A stretch of 60,044 nt of DNA, counting the filler, from Jimgerdemannia flammicorona (lineage: Eukaryota), in the NCBI GenBank assembly GCA_003990765.1. It is 3 parts of 3 records of this genome, joined end to end, with 100 filler letters (N's around TTAATTAATTAA, not from the genome) between each part and the next. Parts side by side here need not be neighbours in the genome. Positions count along the whole stretch, not along the records: positions 40,100 to 60,044 come from RBNJ01001797.1; 2 more parts are not named here. One strand, 5' to 3'. This document shows, piece after piece, positions 48,083 to 58,329 of the stretch; positions within the stretch are counted from its first letter, which is position 1, and each line of letters begins with the position of its first letter. A model generated the notes under the pieces. That model was not told where the DNA came from, did no database searches, and was given only the letters and a program-made list of their open reading frames with translations. A program made the translations under genes and the position numbers.

Positions 48083-49570
48083 TTATCTATTCTCCGTATC
48101 CTTGACCGCACGAGGGCTAGGTGCTCGTTGAAAAAACCCGCATGCAGTTGTCCCGTCGGATTTCACCAGAGGGCACGCGAATACGTACTGTTCGTCGCGC
48201 CGGCTGATTATCGTTGTGTCCCTGACCATATTACATAAGACAGAACAGTTGCAAACTGGCACGGCGGTCGCGCTAGGTACCGGCACAGGGACTTTTGCCC
48301 AGAGGATGTAGTCACACCCGCTAGTCCTGGTGCCGGTGGCATCGTAGGTGGCAGTATCGCAGGCCCAGTAATACCTCCCCCGGTTCACAGACCTCCAACT
48401 GGTCGCTCGTTTGTATACTAGCATGCTTCCACATGTACAATTCCCCAAAATAGGAGGCTCCCTCTGGAAGGGGTTCGCCAATAATGTGAGCGAGGTGTCA
48501 GTGGTGTGAATCCATAATAGCTTCTGATGATGGTGTAGAAATCCCAACCGAGGAAGAGCACAAAGGCAATGTAGCCGAAGAAGAGGCTGACTTTGAAAAC
48601 GTTACACCTGTAAGGAAAATAAAAAGAAGGATGAGATTGACGGCGGCACAATGTATTAGTGATGCACGTGCATAGGTATGTATGGGATCGGAAAGGTTCG
48701 ATCCAAAATGAATCTCATTCGGAACCAAAATTGGATTAAACCTCCCCGGCCACATATCCACCAAAAATGCGATACCCACCAACGATTGAACTTTACGACT
48801 GACAGCACAAGGCCAATCCCCCAGAACGCGGCAAGAAGGTGGTCGAAGACAGTAACAATAACGGACCACGACATGAAAAACGTGCGCCTACAGTAGACGT
48901 ATATGAAGTACACATCCGCGGTGACGGAGATACAACGACTACAGCTACGAAGTAGAAGTCCGAGACGTCGCTCTTTGGATGTGATGCCTGTGGAGAGGAG
49001 GGAGGATAAACAAGGGAGGATGTATGAGTCCTCGAATTAGAATTTGAGATACCGACAGATTGAAATTCGAGCCTCTACGGATCTGGTGTATCATGCATGC
49101 TCGTGTTTTGCCAACTCTTTCTCTTTCTCCTCATTCCTTTTTCCCAGAACCTCAACAGCCCATTCCATACTTACCAAGAACGCCCCAATCTGGAACGCAA
49201 ATTATGCCGCGCTCGCGAACGCCTGCCTGATCCTCATCCACAACCACTTCTTTGAGAGCTGGTGCCAAACCGAGAACCTCGATGGTCTCGAAGCGGACGG
49301 GGTGGCCGCTGGGGACGGGATGGTTGCTGGGGGTCTTCGTCGGTTGCTGACGAGTGATTGCTTCACTACCCCCTATCCCACCCCCGACCCCAACCCCATC
49401 CTCTACCACACTCCCGACCCCTTGCGCTCCCCCTTTCCAGCCAGTGACAATCTCTTCCCCGACCATATCATGCGCTTGCCCCGTAACCCCGACCGCACAA
49501 CCGCAGTCTCCGTATTTGGTTCCCAGACCTTCCCCAGGACCCGCGCCACCTCTTCAACCACTTTGTACGA
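48083..49570 (-). pseudogene. Pseudogene of the MARVEL-like 4-TM / GRF zinc-finger gene
   Basis: Same exon structure as 52484-54023. It has TCA>TAA in exon 1 (about 49203), a 1-nt deletion in exon 2, a frameshift in exon 3, and the 5' part of exon 1 is locally inverted. Confidence 0.85.
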
Positions 49571-50584
49571 GAGAGAAAAGGTTGCTTCACATGGTACCGT
49601 CCGTATGTGTATGGTTGACCTGCATGTTTCTTTGCCTGTTTGTTGTCTATCAGTCAGCGGCGAAGTTTATCTGGATTGGAAAAATTTCATTTCATCTGGT
49701 GTCACAGCGCCACTGCGCCACTACCTTAAAGAATTGTTTGTGTGACAAATATCTTTGATACAAAATCTTTCCACTGTCGAAATTCGAATTGTTTGGACAC
49801 TCCATAACCGAAAACAATGGCGCCGAGTTTCCGAGTTTGCGAGGGGATGTTACGTCACCTTTCCTTATATCGAGCCATCATGTATTATTCTTAATAAAAT
49901 TGCGACTCTATGCATCTGGAATTCCATTGCCATTGCATCACCATAAATAACATAATTATTCTGGTTGACAAAGTTCCGGCAAGACTTCCGATGTGAAATT
50001 TACCTCATCCAAATTTATCTCCTTGTTTGTAAATTATTTGGATTTGAATTACTGTAAAATAAAACTGTACCTCAGAGTTGTTCTAGTGATACACCCAGGC
50101 ATCGGACATTGTTTCCATAGACCACGGTTATGACGAAAAGAAGGGTAGGTTCAGACCCCTGTAACACTGTTGAACTGCGGATTTGATTAAATTTGTATTC
50201 CGGCATAACCGCATAATCCCGGGTTGTGGGCATAAATTAAGACTGCCCTTTTCGTTGAAAAATTACAAATCCCACGGTCCCTTGGAATATAAAACGGAAA
50301 GAGACCACACCACGACTGGCAATATCCCTTTGAAACTGTATTTTGGATCCGCGTCATTAACCTCGCCTAGCCTATCGATGATATCGCCAACGGTTTCCGA
50401 TGCGTTGAATAAAGTAATTCAATCACACGGATCTCTATTATAAGTAACCTCAACCTCAACTCTGGGGTAGGGAGGAAACGTTCTGGATAATGACATCACA
50501 CTTTTTTTTTTTTTTTTTTAAAAAAAAAGGGTTCACTTATTTTATAATGTCATATTTTGGCCTACAATCATGTGATATCCAGTC

Positions 50585-50900
50585 ACTTCTCTGGGAGCTG
50601 GTGCCACATCGAGTATATACATCGATGGTTTGGGAGAGGGCCTGGGGACGGGCGTTCGCCGGTTGCCCCTTGTGTTTCTCTTTGCGGGTACTCGGACAGC
50701 GGTCCGATTGGCGACGGGATAATTTGTTCCTCGTAATTATGGAGGGGGAATATGCGTGGGCGTGGGTTCGTACAAAGTGGTTGAGGTAGTGGGGGTGAGA
50801 ACACGGTTTTGTTGGGGAAGAGATTGTCGTTGGTTGAAGGGAGGAAGCGCAAGGGGTTGGGATTGGGGAGTGGTGAGGAGGTGGGACGTTTCGGGTGAGA
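50585..50900 (-). pseudogene. Third fragment of the 4-TM/GRF gene (exon 1 only)
   Basis: NYEEQIIPSP...YPQRETQG...SMWHQLPEK matches PYEEQTIP...HPQRDTQG...SVWHQLPMK. Abuts a direct repeat of 44270-44500. Confidence 0.8.
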
Positions 50901-51078
50901 GGAAGGGAGGAGAGTTGCTTCAAAGGGTCCCGTTCGTGCCACCGTCGGTATACGTATGGCTGACAGACTTGCTTCTTTGCCTGCCCACAGCCGTCGCAGC
51001 CGCAGAGCAGTCAATCTGCTGGCCCGTCACTGCGCCACTGCGCCATTGCTTTAAAGACCGCCATATATTGTTTTGTGA

Positions 51079-51112
<34 letters not shown>

Positions 51113-52483
51113 ATGCACACTATGAATATCTTTAATACAAAGCCGATCCCGTAAATATTATGCGCGCAATGTTTCTGGAAACACTATTGTCCAACTCCAA
51201 CCAGTTTGGACTCGCTGTAAAAGTAATTGGCAAGGGGCATTTTGATTGATATAGCAACAGACTATATGCATAACGTGTTACAAATCCCATTGGCCATTAA
51301 AAGACCGATATGCTTAAGGCAGGTATGGATTATTTTAGAGGTGTCGTCGTGTATTAGACGATTTCTCGCGAGATCACATGTCTATTATTTACGAAAACGA
51401 ACCTTTTCGTTCTGGCTGAGGTATTGGGGATTCATATTATACTTATGCAGAAGAACATACCATTCTCACATGGGTATGCTTTTCACGCACTATACGCTTC
51501 CTTACCCCTTATGTCATTTGGGCAGGTACATTGGCAAGTTAAAGAATTGAGGAATGTATTGTTGCAGCTTTTTAAAAACCCTCTAAGGTCACTAAGCATT
51601 CCTCTCTAACAGCTATTGTTGTATTTTCAAAAAATCCTACGTCTTCGAACTCTCGGTGACCCTCACCTCACGTTCCTGTTGCCAAAAATAACTTGAATCC
51701 TCTTTTATTAGGAAGGAAAAAACGGTCTCATTAAGGATGCAGGGGAACTTCGAAATTGCCTGCTTAATTCACATTATCTCGCTGTCCCATGTGGCGTACA
51801 TAATCCTAAATAAAGTTCAAGATTATCTTCTGAACTGGCGCTTATCGGGTGACTCCCTAAACTGAGAGATGCTCAAAATAGAATTTACCCGCTAACCGAG
51901 CATTTGTCAAACCTTGTTGTTCTCCCCACAAAGCCCAATATTGTTTATCTTGGCAATTCGATGCCAAAGGGATTCAACGCTCATTTGAAAAAATAAAAAA
52001 TAAAAAATTTATATTCATGAAGGCTATTATCGGAAGCAACTTCAGTACCTCTGTCGAATTCGCAGAGGGGCTTAACATGTATATCTTTCCTTGATGAATA
52101 ATATAGATGGGGTAAGGTGACGTTCTATCGAACTTGATACCCATTGCGATTACTCCGTGTCGCACAACCCAAAAAACTGGGGAATTAACAACATTGGAAG
52201 TGACTAGTTTCCAGAACGTTTCTGCGCATTTGCGGACCCGCAGTGCAACGTTCTACAACGAATGGGTGTGGTTCGATGCTGTGGGGTGACATTGGTCTGC
52301 GGCTCTGCTATCATTCTTTAAATTTAGCGTCGCCACACCGTCACGTTCTCTGTGGCGGCTTCAGCTGCTGGCCTACGTACCGATTTGGAAGTAGGGTTAC
52401 ATTCAACATGGCAGCATACATACACGGTCGTGTCATGAACCTGACATTGTGAAGCTTCTTCCACTCTTCCTCTACCTACCCGA

Positions 52484-54023
52484 ATGTCCCACCACCATAC
52501 CTCCAACCCCATGGGCTCCCCCCCTCCCGCTAGTGGCAATCTCTTCACCAACAACACCTTCCCCAGCTCCCGCGCCACCTCCTCACCCACTTTGTACGGG
52601 CCCACGCCCACTGCCACGCCCCCCCCCTACGAAGAACAAACCATCCCCGTCGCCAAATCGGAATCGGATAACCGTGCCGCTTCACGGCAGTCCGCGCACC
52701 CGCAAAGAGATACACAAGGTGGTGGCGGAAGCAGAAGCAACACTCCGCCCCAAGCGGACACCCCACCTGTTCGCACGCCACCGAGGCGCTCGGTTTGGCA
52801 CCAGCTCCCAATGAAGTGGTTATGGGTGAGGATTGGGCAGGCTTTAGCGAGCGCGGCGTCATTTGCGTTCCAAATTGGGGCGTCCCCGGTGAGTAGGGAA
52901 TGGGCTGACGGTTGGAGGGGTGTGGTTTTAGGGAAACTGGAATGAGGAGAGAGAAAATGGTGGTGGGAGACAAGCATGCATGGGACACCAGATCAATAGA
53001 GGCCAAGACAGAAACAATCGACCCAACTTCCTTTTCTCCATATCGCAATTTCTAAACGTCGTCCCTCTTTGACCATCCTTCCTCTGTGCAGGCAACCGGA
53101 GGAGAACCCATCCCAATGGCCGACGTCTCTGACTTCTATTTCGTAGCTGTAGTCGCTTGTCTCTCAGTGATTGCGGACGTGTACTTCATATACGTCTTCT
53201 GTGCGAACGCGTTTCTCAAACGGTGGCCCGTTATCGTTACCGTCTTCGACCTGCTTCTTGCTGCGTTCTGGGGGATTGGCCTCGTGCTGTCGGTTGTAAA
53301 TTTCCGGTGCCCGGTGAGCGGTTACAATCATTGGTATATATCGCATTCCGGGTGGATATGAGGCCGGAGATGTGCAATTCGGTTCTGATTCCGAGTGAGA
53401 GACATTTTGAATCGAAAACCTTTTCGATCCCCTACTTATATACATGCATCGCTAATCCATCGTCCTGCCACCCACCTCATTCTCCTTTTCATCCTTACAT
53501 CAGGTGCGACGTCTTCAATGTTAGCCTCTTCTTCGGCTACATCGCCTTCTTGCTCTTCCTCTGCACGCTCGGTTGGGATTTCTACACCATCGTCAGGAGC
53601 TATTGTGGAAGGCGCCGCAACTTCACCTCGGCCATATTGACGACGAACCCCTTTCAAAGGGAGCCTCCTACGATGGGGAACTGTGAAAAGTGTAGCGGCA
53701 TGCTGGTATACAGACGAGAGACCGATTGGGACTCCGAGGACAAGGGGAGGTATTTCTGGGAATGCAATAATGGCACGTACAATGAGAGTGGCACCAGGAC
53801 TGGCGGGTGCTCCTACGCCATCTGGGCACAAGACCCTGTGCCGGTACCTGGCGCAACCGCTGTGCCGTTCTGCAGATGCGGTCTCCTCTGTGATGTGACC
53901 AGGGCCGAAACGGCGAGTAGGCGGCGCGGCGAACAGTACGTTTTCATGTGCCCTCTGGTAATGACTAATGGCACAACGGTATGCAGGTTTCTCCAACAGG
54001 CATCCAGCCCTCGTACGGTCTAG
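52484..54023 (+). CDS. About 388-aa protein: disordered N-terminus, MARVEL-like four-TM domain, two C-terminal GRF-type zinc fingers
   Basis: Exons 52484-52888, 53092-53333 and 53504-54023 splice in frame. TM segments LWVRIGQALASAASFAFQIGA, FYFVAVVACLSVIADVYFIYVF, IVTVFDLLLAAFWGIGLVLSV and FNVSLFFGYIAFLLFLCTLGW, with loop RCPVSGYNHWC. Fingers CEKC...KGRYFWEC...GCSYAIW and CRCG...QYVFMC...VCRF. Confidence 0.85.
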
Positions 54024-54535
54024 GGTATGGAGATATTGATAATTTCTACGTTGAAGGAACTCAACAGTATACTATAGTTGTCCAATATAATTAATAAAGT
54101 AATAGAGTGAAATATTATAGAGTAATCCGCACAGGTGATTAAGAATGTTCCTAAATATCGATGTGTCGGCTCTCTTATTATGTGGAGGCTCAGCAAACGA
54201 AGCATTACCATATTAAATGACTATTGCTCGTGATAGCATGCAATTGCTTCTAGTGACAATCCCTAGATCGATGTGCTGGTTGGCTGATCGATGAAAGGCG
54301 GCGCTTAATAAGAGCCCGGCGTCATTTCTTCCCGCTATCTCGGATAGTGCATTTTTCCAGCTCGGACGATATGTAAAATGGCGGAGCAATGCCGGTTGGA
54401 ATTTCATATGGCAATATTATATTCTCGCGACATTCATAGGTGTTAAATACATTTCAAGTACGAATAGAAAGTCATATTCAAAATAACACTATCGTTCCAT
54501 GGACGACGTTCTGTTGATTTTCTAATTCCTTAAAA

Positions 54536-55742
54536 CTATGTGCGAAATGTGTCCCGAATACTGCGAACAACACCTCCGTGATGCTTGAGAACCCTCGCCA
54601 CCTCCTTGTGCCCTTTCATTTTGGCCAGAGAGAGGGGAGTGAGCCCATTCTCGTCCTTCGCGTTGACTTTGGCATGAAGCATCACGAGCACCCCAACCGC
54701 CTTCGTGTGCCCAGCGGCTGCGGCCAAATGCAAGGGCGTCCACCCATCCACAGCCTTCACGTTCACGTCCGTCCCCGAGACACGCGCTATCTCTCGCAGC
54801 GCGTCCGCATGCCCCTTAAACGCGGCCCAGTGCATCGGGGTCCAATTGCGAGGAGCGGTCGCCGCGTACTGGTTCGCGTTCAGCTTGACGATCGCGGCCG
54901 CCACCTCTGCGTTGCCCCAAATCGCGGCGACGTGCAATGGCGTCAAGTTACTCTTGGACTTTGCTTCCACGTTTGCGTTCGCCTCGCCGATCACCGTCGC
55001 GATTTTCGCACGGTCATATCGCGCGGCGATGTGCAGTGCCGTCAGACTGTCGTCATCCTGCGTCGTCTTATCCACGTCGGCATCGAGTTCGAAGACAAGC
55101 AAGGACACCACATCCACCATGCCGCATAACACAGCGTTATGGAGTGGCGTCCAACCATTCGGAAGCGTTGCGTCCACATATATCTCGTACTCCCCGCCAT
55201 CTTCCACGAGCAGCTTGACGACCTCAATATCTCCCAATACTACACAAACGTGCAAGATTATCTCCGCGGGTGTGATGAAATTTCTTCGCAACCGGGGATT
55301 GTCCTGGTGAGGAGATAGGGGATTGCGCATGTTAGACACATTTTCAATCCTGCGAAATAAGGCGGCTTTGTTGAGCGAAGTGATACTCTCATTACCTTTT
55401 GAAAATCGAAGCCAAATTCCAGAGCATATCTTTCCAGCCGCTTGTGTGCCGGTCCTGTAGCGTGTATCGGGTTGTTCTGAAGTTGCAATACCAAATTGTT
55501 GTACTCTGTCACAGAAGTCAAAACTGGATTAGTTCGACGGCTCGAAAGGACAGGGTTGACATTCCGACGCCGTACTTACGGAAATTTGCGTTATCACCAA
55601 TGCTGGTTTCTCCAGCGAAAGCAGGTCCGTTTACCCCACTGACATTGAGGTTCTGCCCATGCTGGGGTGGAGGTGGAACTTGCGGGGATGGACCTTGCGG
55701 GGATGGACCGTTCTGGGGTGGAGGATGTTGGTTCCGAGCCAT
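54536..55742 (-). CDS. Ankyrin-repeat protein B (about 346 aa): Pro-rich N-terminus, RHIM-like motif, about 7 ANK repeats
   Basis: Exons 55742-55580, 55505-55396 and 55303-54536 splice in frame, with the same intron phases as copy A. Confidence 0.92.
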
Positions 55743-56113
55743 TGGAAACGTGAAATCTCAGCGAGAACCGAGGGGGGCCAAAAAGCAATGATAAATATTT
55801 ACCGCAGCCTCGCGGAGAGTGAATTATATAACGAACTCACCGATTTGAATGCAAAAGGGGAAACCCGGGATTGTTCGCTTTTCTTAGTAACCCAAGCACC
55901 TGTTCTGTCAAACCTGTTCGACTGCGGTATATGGTGTGACCAAAAGAGATTGGTCCCTGATTATAGTCAATCAACAGGTACCACAGTCATTTAGGCTTTT
56001 TCCGGTGGGATGAGTAATCCTTCAACTCGGCCCATATAATACCCCTGTCATACTGGCCTTCGCGAAAGTCCTTCACTTCACTCTAGATCACTACACAAAT
56101 TCCCTCCAAGGCT
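55743..56113. promoter_or_regulatory. Putative bidirectional promoter between the ankyrin and caspase-like genes
   Basis: 371 bp between divergent ATGs; the paralogous interval 45911-46199 is 289 bp. The caspase-proximal block is conserved in three copies. Promoter function is inferred from position only. Confidence 0.55.
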
Positions 56114-57145
56114 ATGGCAAATAATTTTACAGCTGGCCACGCGCTTATCATCGGAACGGGCACCGATAACGACGGTCAAATCACCAAGGATTACAAAAGC
56201 ACGATCAACGACGCCAACTGGCTAGCCACCGTCCTCAAACAGCCGTCGCTGTGCGCCTACCCGAAGCACCAGGTCAAAGTCCTCGTAGGCGGAGACGCCA
56301 CACGCGAAAACATCATCAAGGAGCTGGATGCCCTCAAGACTCGGGTCTTCAACTCCGACGAGAAGTGCAGTGTTGTGGTGTTTTTTTCGGGTCACGGAAA
56401 ACGCGACGTGTCCAAGACCTACCTGATCCCTTCCAATTACAGGGCCAACGACCCACTGGCCACCCACGCCATCGACGGAGACCTGCTGTACGACAAGCTG
56501 CGGGCGATCGAGGGTCGGGTTTTGCTACTCCTGAACGCTTGCTACGCCGGCGGTGTCATGCCAAAACTCGGCGGTGACGGTGAGGTAAACCTCGGTCCTG
56601 GTCAGAACGCCACGCCGCTTAGCGACAAGCAACTCAGCAGGTTGCTGGACGGAAAAGGGTTCGCCTATCTGTCCGCGGCGCAATCATCGCAAAAGGCCAA
56701 CACCGGGTTCTTTGTAAAGAATGCGAATAAGACGTACAGCCCCTTCACGATCGGTCTCTCCCGCGGGTTCTCGGGCAAGGGCAAGGAGGATAGTAATGGC
56801 GAGGTGCGCTGCTCCGATATCATTGCGGCATGCGTGGGATATGTCACCTCCCACACCAAGTTGCAGCAACCGTGTTTCGACTACAAGGGAGAAAACTATG
56901 TAGTGGGCCACTACACGGCCGGGGCGGCGAGCGAGTTTCCTTTGCTCGGTGACGACTTGCCGTTCGAAGTTGACATCGAAAGTGCGGAGGAAGACGAAAT
57001 ACACCACAGAAATACGCCCGCCCCAACCTACAACAACACGATAACCGTTCAACACGTCTCTGGCCCTGCGCTTGTCGGTCACGTCCAGATTGGTAATAAT
57101 CCCAACTTCAGCTATACAAATAGCGTAAACCGTTGGAGAGGGTGA
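56114..57145 (+). CDS. Intronless caspase-like (peptidase C14 / metacaspase-type) protease with C-terminal RHIM-like motif, 343 aa
   Basis: HALIIG, INDA, ATRENI, VVVFFSGHG (His94), VLLLLNACYAG (Cys143), YLSAAQSSQKA, YSPFTIGL and QQP. An acidic linker leads to ITVQHVSGPALVGHVQIGNNPNFSY. Confidence 0.93.
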   Translation: MANNFTAGHALIIGTGTDNDGQITKDYKSTINDANWLATVLKQPSLCAYPKHQVKVLVGGDATRENIIKELDALKTRVFNSDEKCSVVVFFSGHGKRDVSKTYLIPSNYRANDPLATHAIDGDLLYDKLRAIEGRVLLLLNACYAGGVMPKLGGDGEVNLGPGQNATPLSDKQLSRLLDGKGFAYLSAAQSSQKANTGFFVKNANKTYSPFTIGLSRGFSGKGKEDSNGEVRCSDIIAACVGYVTSHTKLQQPCFDYKGENYVVGHYTAGAASEFPLLGDDLPFEVDIESAEEDEIHHRNTPAPTYNNTITVQHVSGPALVGHVQIGNNPNFSYTNSVNRWRG

Positions 57146-58329
57146 ATTGGTAAAATACCAAATAGAAATCCTCCATTTAACGTATTGTGGACATTATGTC
57201 ATCATTAATGTGTGCAAATGGATGTGTTTCAACATGGCTACCATATGTTGGGGACGAACTCTATGTATATATCCTGTTGCTGCAATGTATAACCAAAATT
57301 ACCGCTTTCGCTCAATCTCAACGCAACTATGTTACAAATCGTGCTTAAGGTCGTTCGCTCATTGTTAACCCCTGGCCATAAAACCTATTCGAGTTAAAGT
57401 AACAAAATGAGCACTGTCGATGCGTATATCCTGCCGCGCACGCAGGTATTATTTCATTGTCCGGAGGTCGCATAACAAGCGTCTACCTCAAAAAATTTAT
57501 ATATTTAATTCATATACATAATACATATAACTGTTGACATATGAAAACTTAATGTTCCATAAATGCAGACGCCATATGATAACGGGCCGTACCGCATCGA
57601 CATTGATTACTAATGTGTCAACGTGTGTTCTCATTGATCCAATTCCCGAATCAAAATACACGAGGACGCCGTCACTGAGTCGATTACGATGAGACAATTG
57701 AAATATGTGACTCCATGCGATTGCCTTAAACCAAGGAGATAACAAAGGGAAAGAGATAGCGCTCTTCCGAGGGTTCAGCTGTGATGCTACTATACGTCTT
57801 CGGATGTGGTTAGTGCCATCTGCCTATTGTAATGACAGGAACGTGCGCAATATATATACCTCAACGTCGGAGGTCAAAGGAGATTGAACTTTGTCAGAAA
57901 ATTCTGTTTAAAGTGTTTTTTTGGGACACACATGAACGTCGTTGGGCAACATTCACAAGAAATAACATAGAATTACATAGATATGAATGTTTTCAAACCG
58001 GGTAGCAAATTATTGTTTAAGGTTGTGGCGCCACGAGGAGCCAGATATGTAACTGTCATTATTCTCATTGTCAAGGATCGAAAGCACAAGGGACCCCATT
58101 CATTCAAACGGCTTAAAGGGTGGTTAATAGCATAATGAGACTCATAATATTTTGCGGCTCAATACCCCATGGGCAAATCAAGGTCTCTTTGCAGAATAAA
58201 ATAAAAATGCATACAATTTCGAAGTCAAGAGCAATTGTTGGGGCAACGATGTTGCTACGATATTGTGACGAGCATATACTATAGCATAGCCAGATCATGT
58301 ACAAAGAACACTTAGCATAGTTACCCCTC

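Larger units (their letters stand above)
44600..57380. repeat. Diverged inverted segmental duplication of a three-gene cassette (arms about 44600-49750 and 52300-57380)
   Basis: Mirror gene order casp(-)/ank(+)/4TM(-) ... 4TM(+)/ank(-)/casp(+), with identical intron positions. Intergenic and 3' flanks also align (e.g. 47881-47920 with the reverse complement of 54215-54256). Confidence 0.92.

Noticed and set aside
38952..57145. CHAT protease as part of the same cluster as the caspase/ankyrin cassette
   Set aside because: They are separated by an artificial spacer between probably unlinked contigs.
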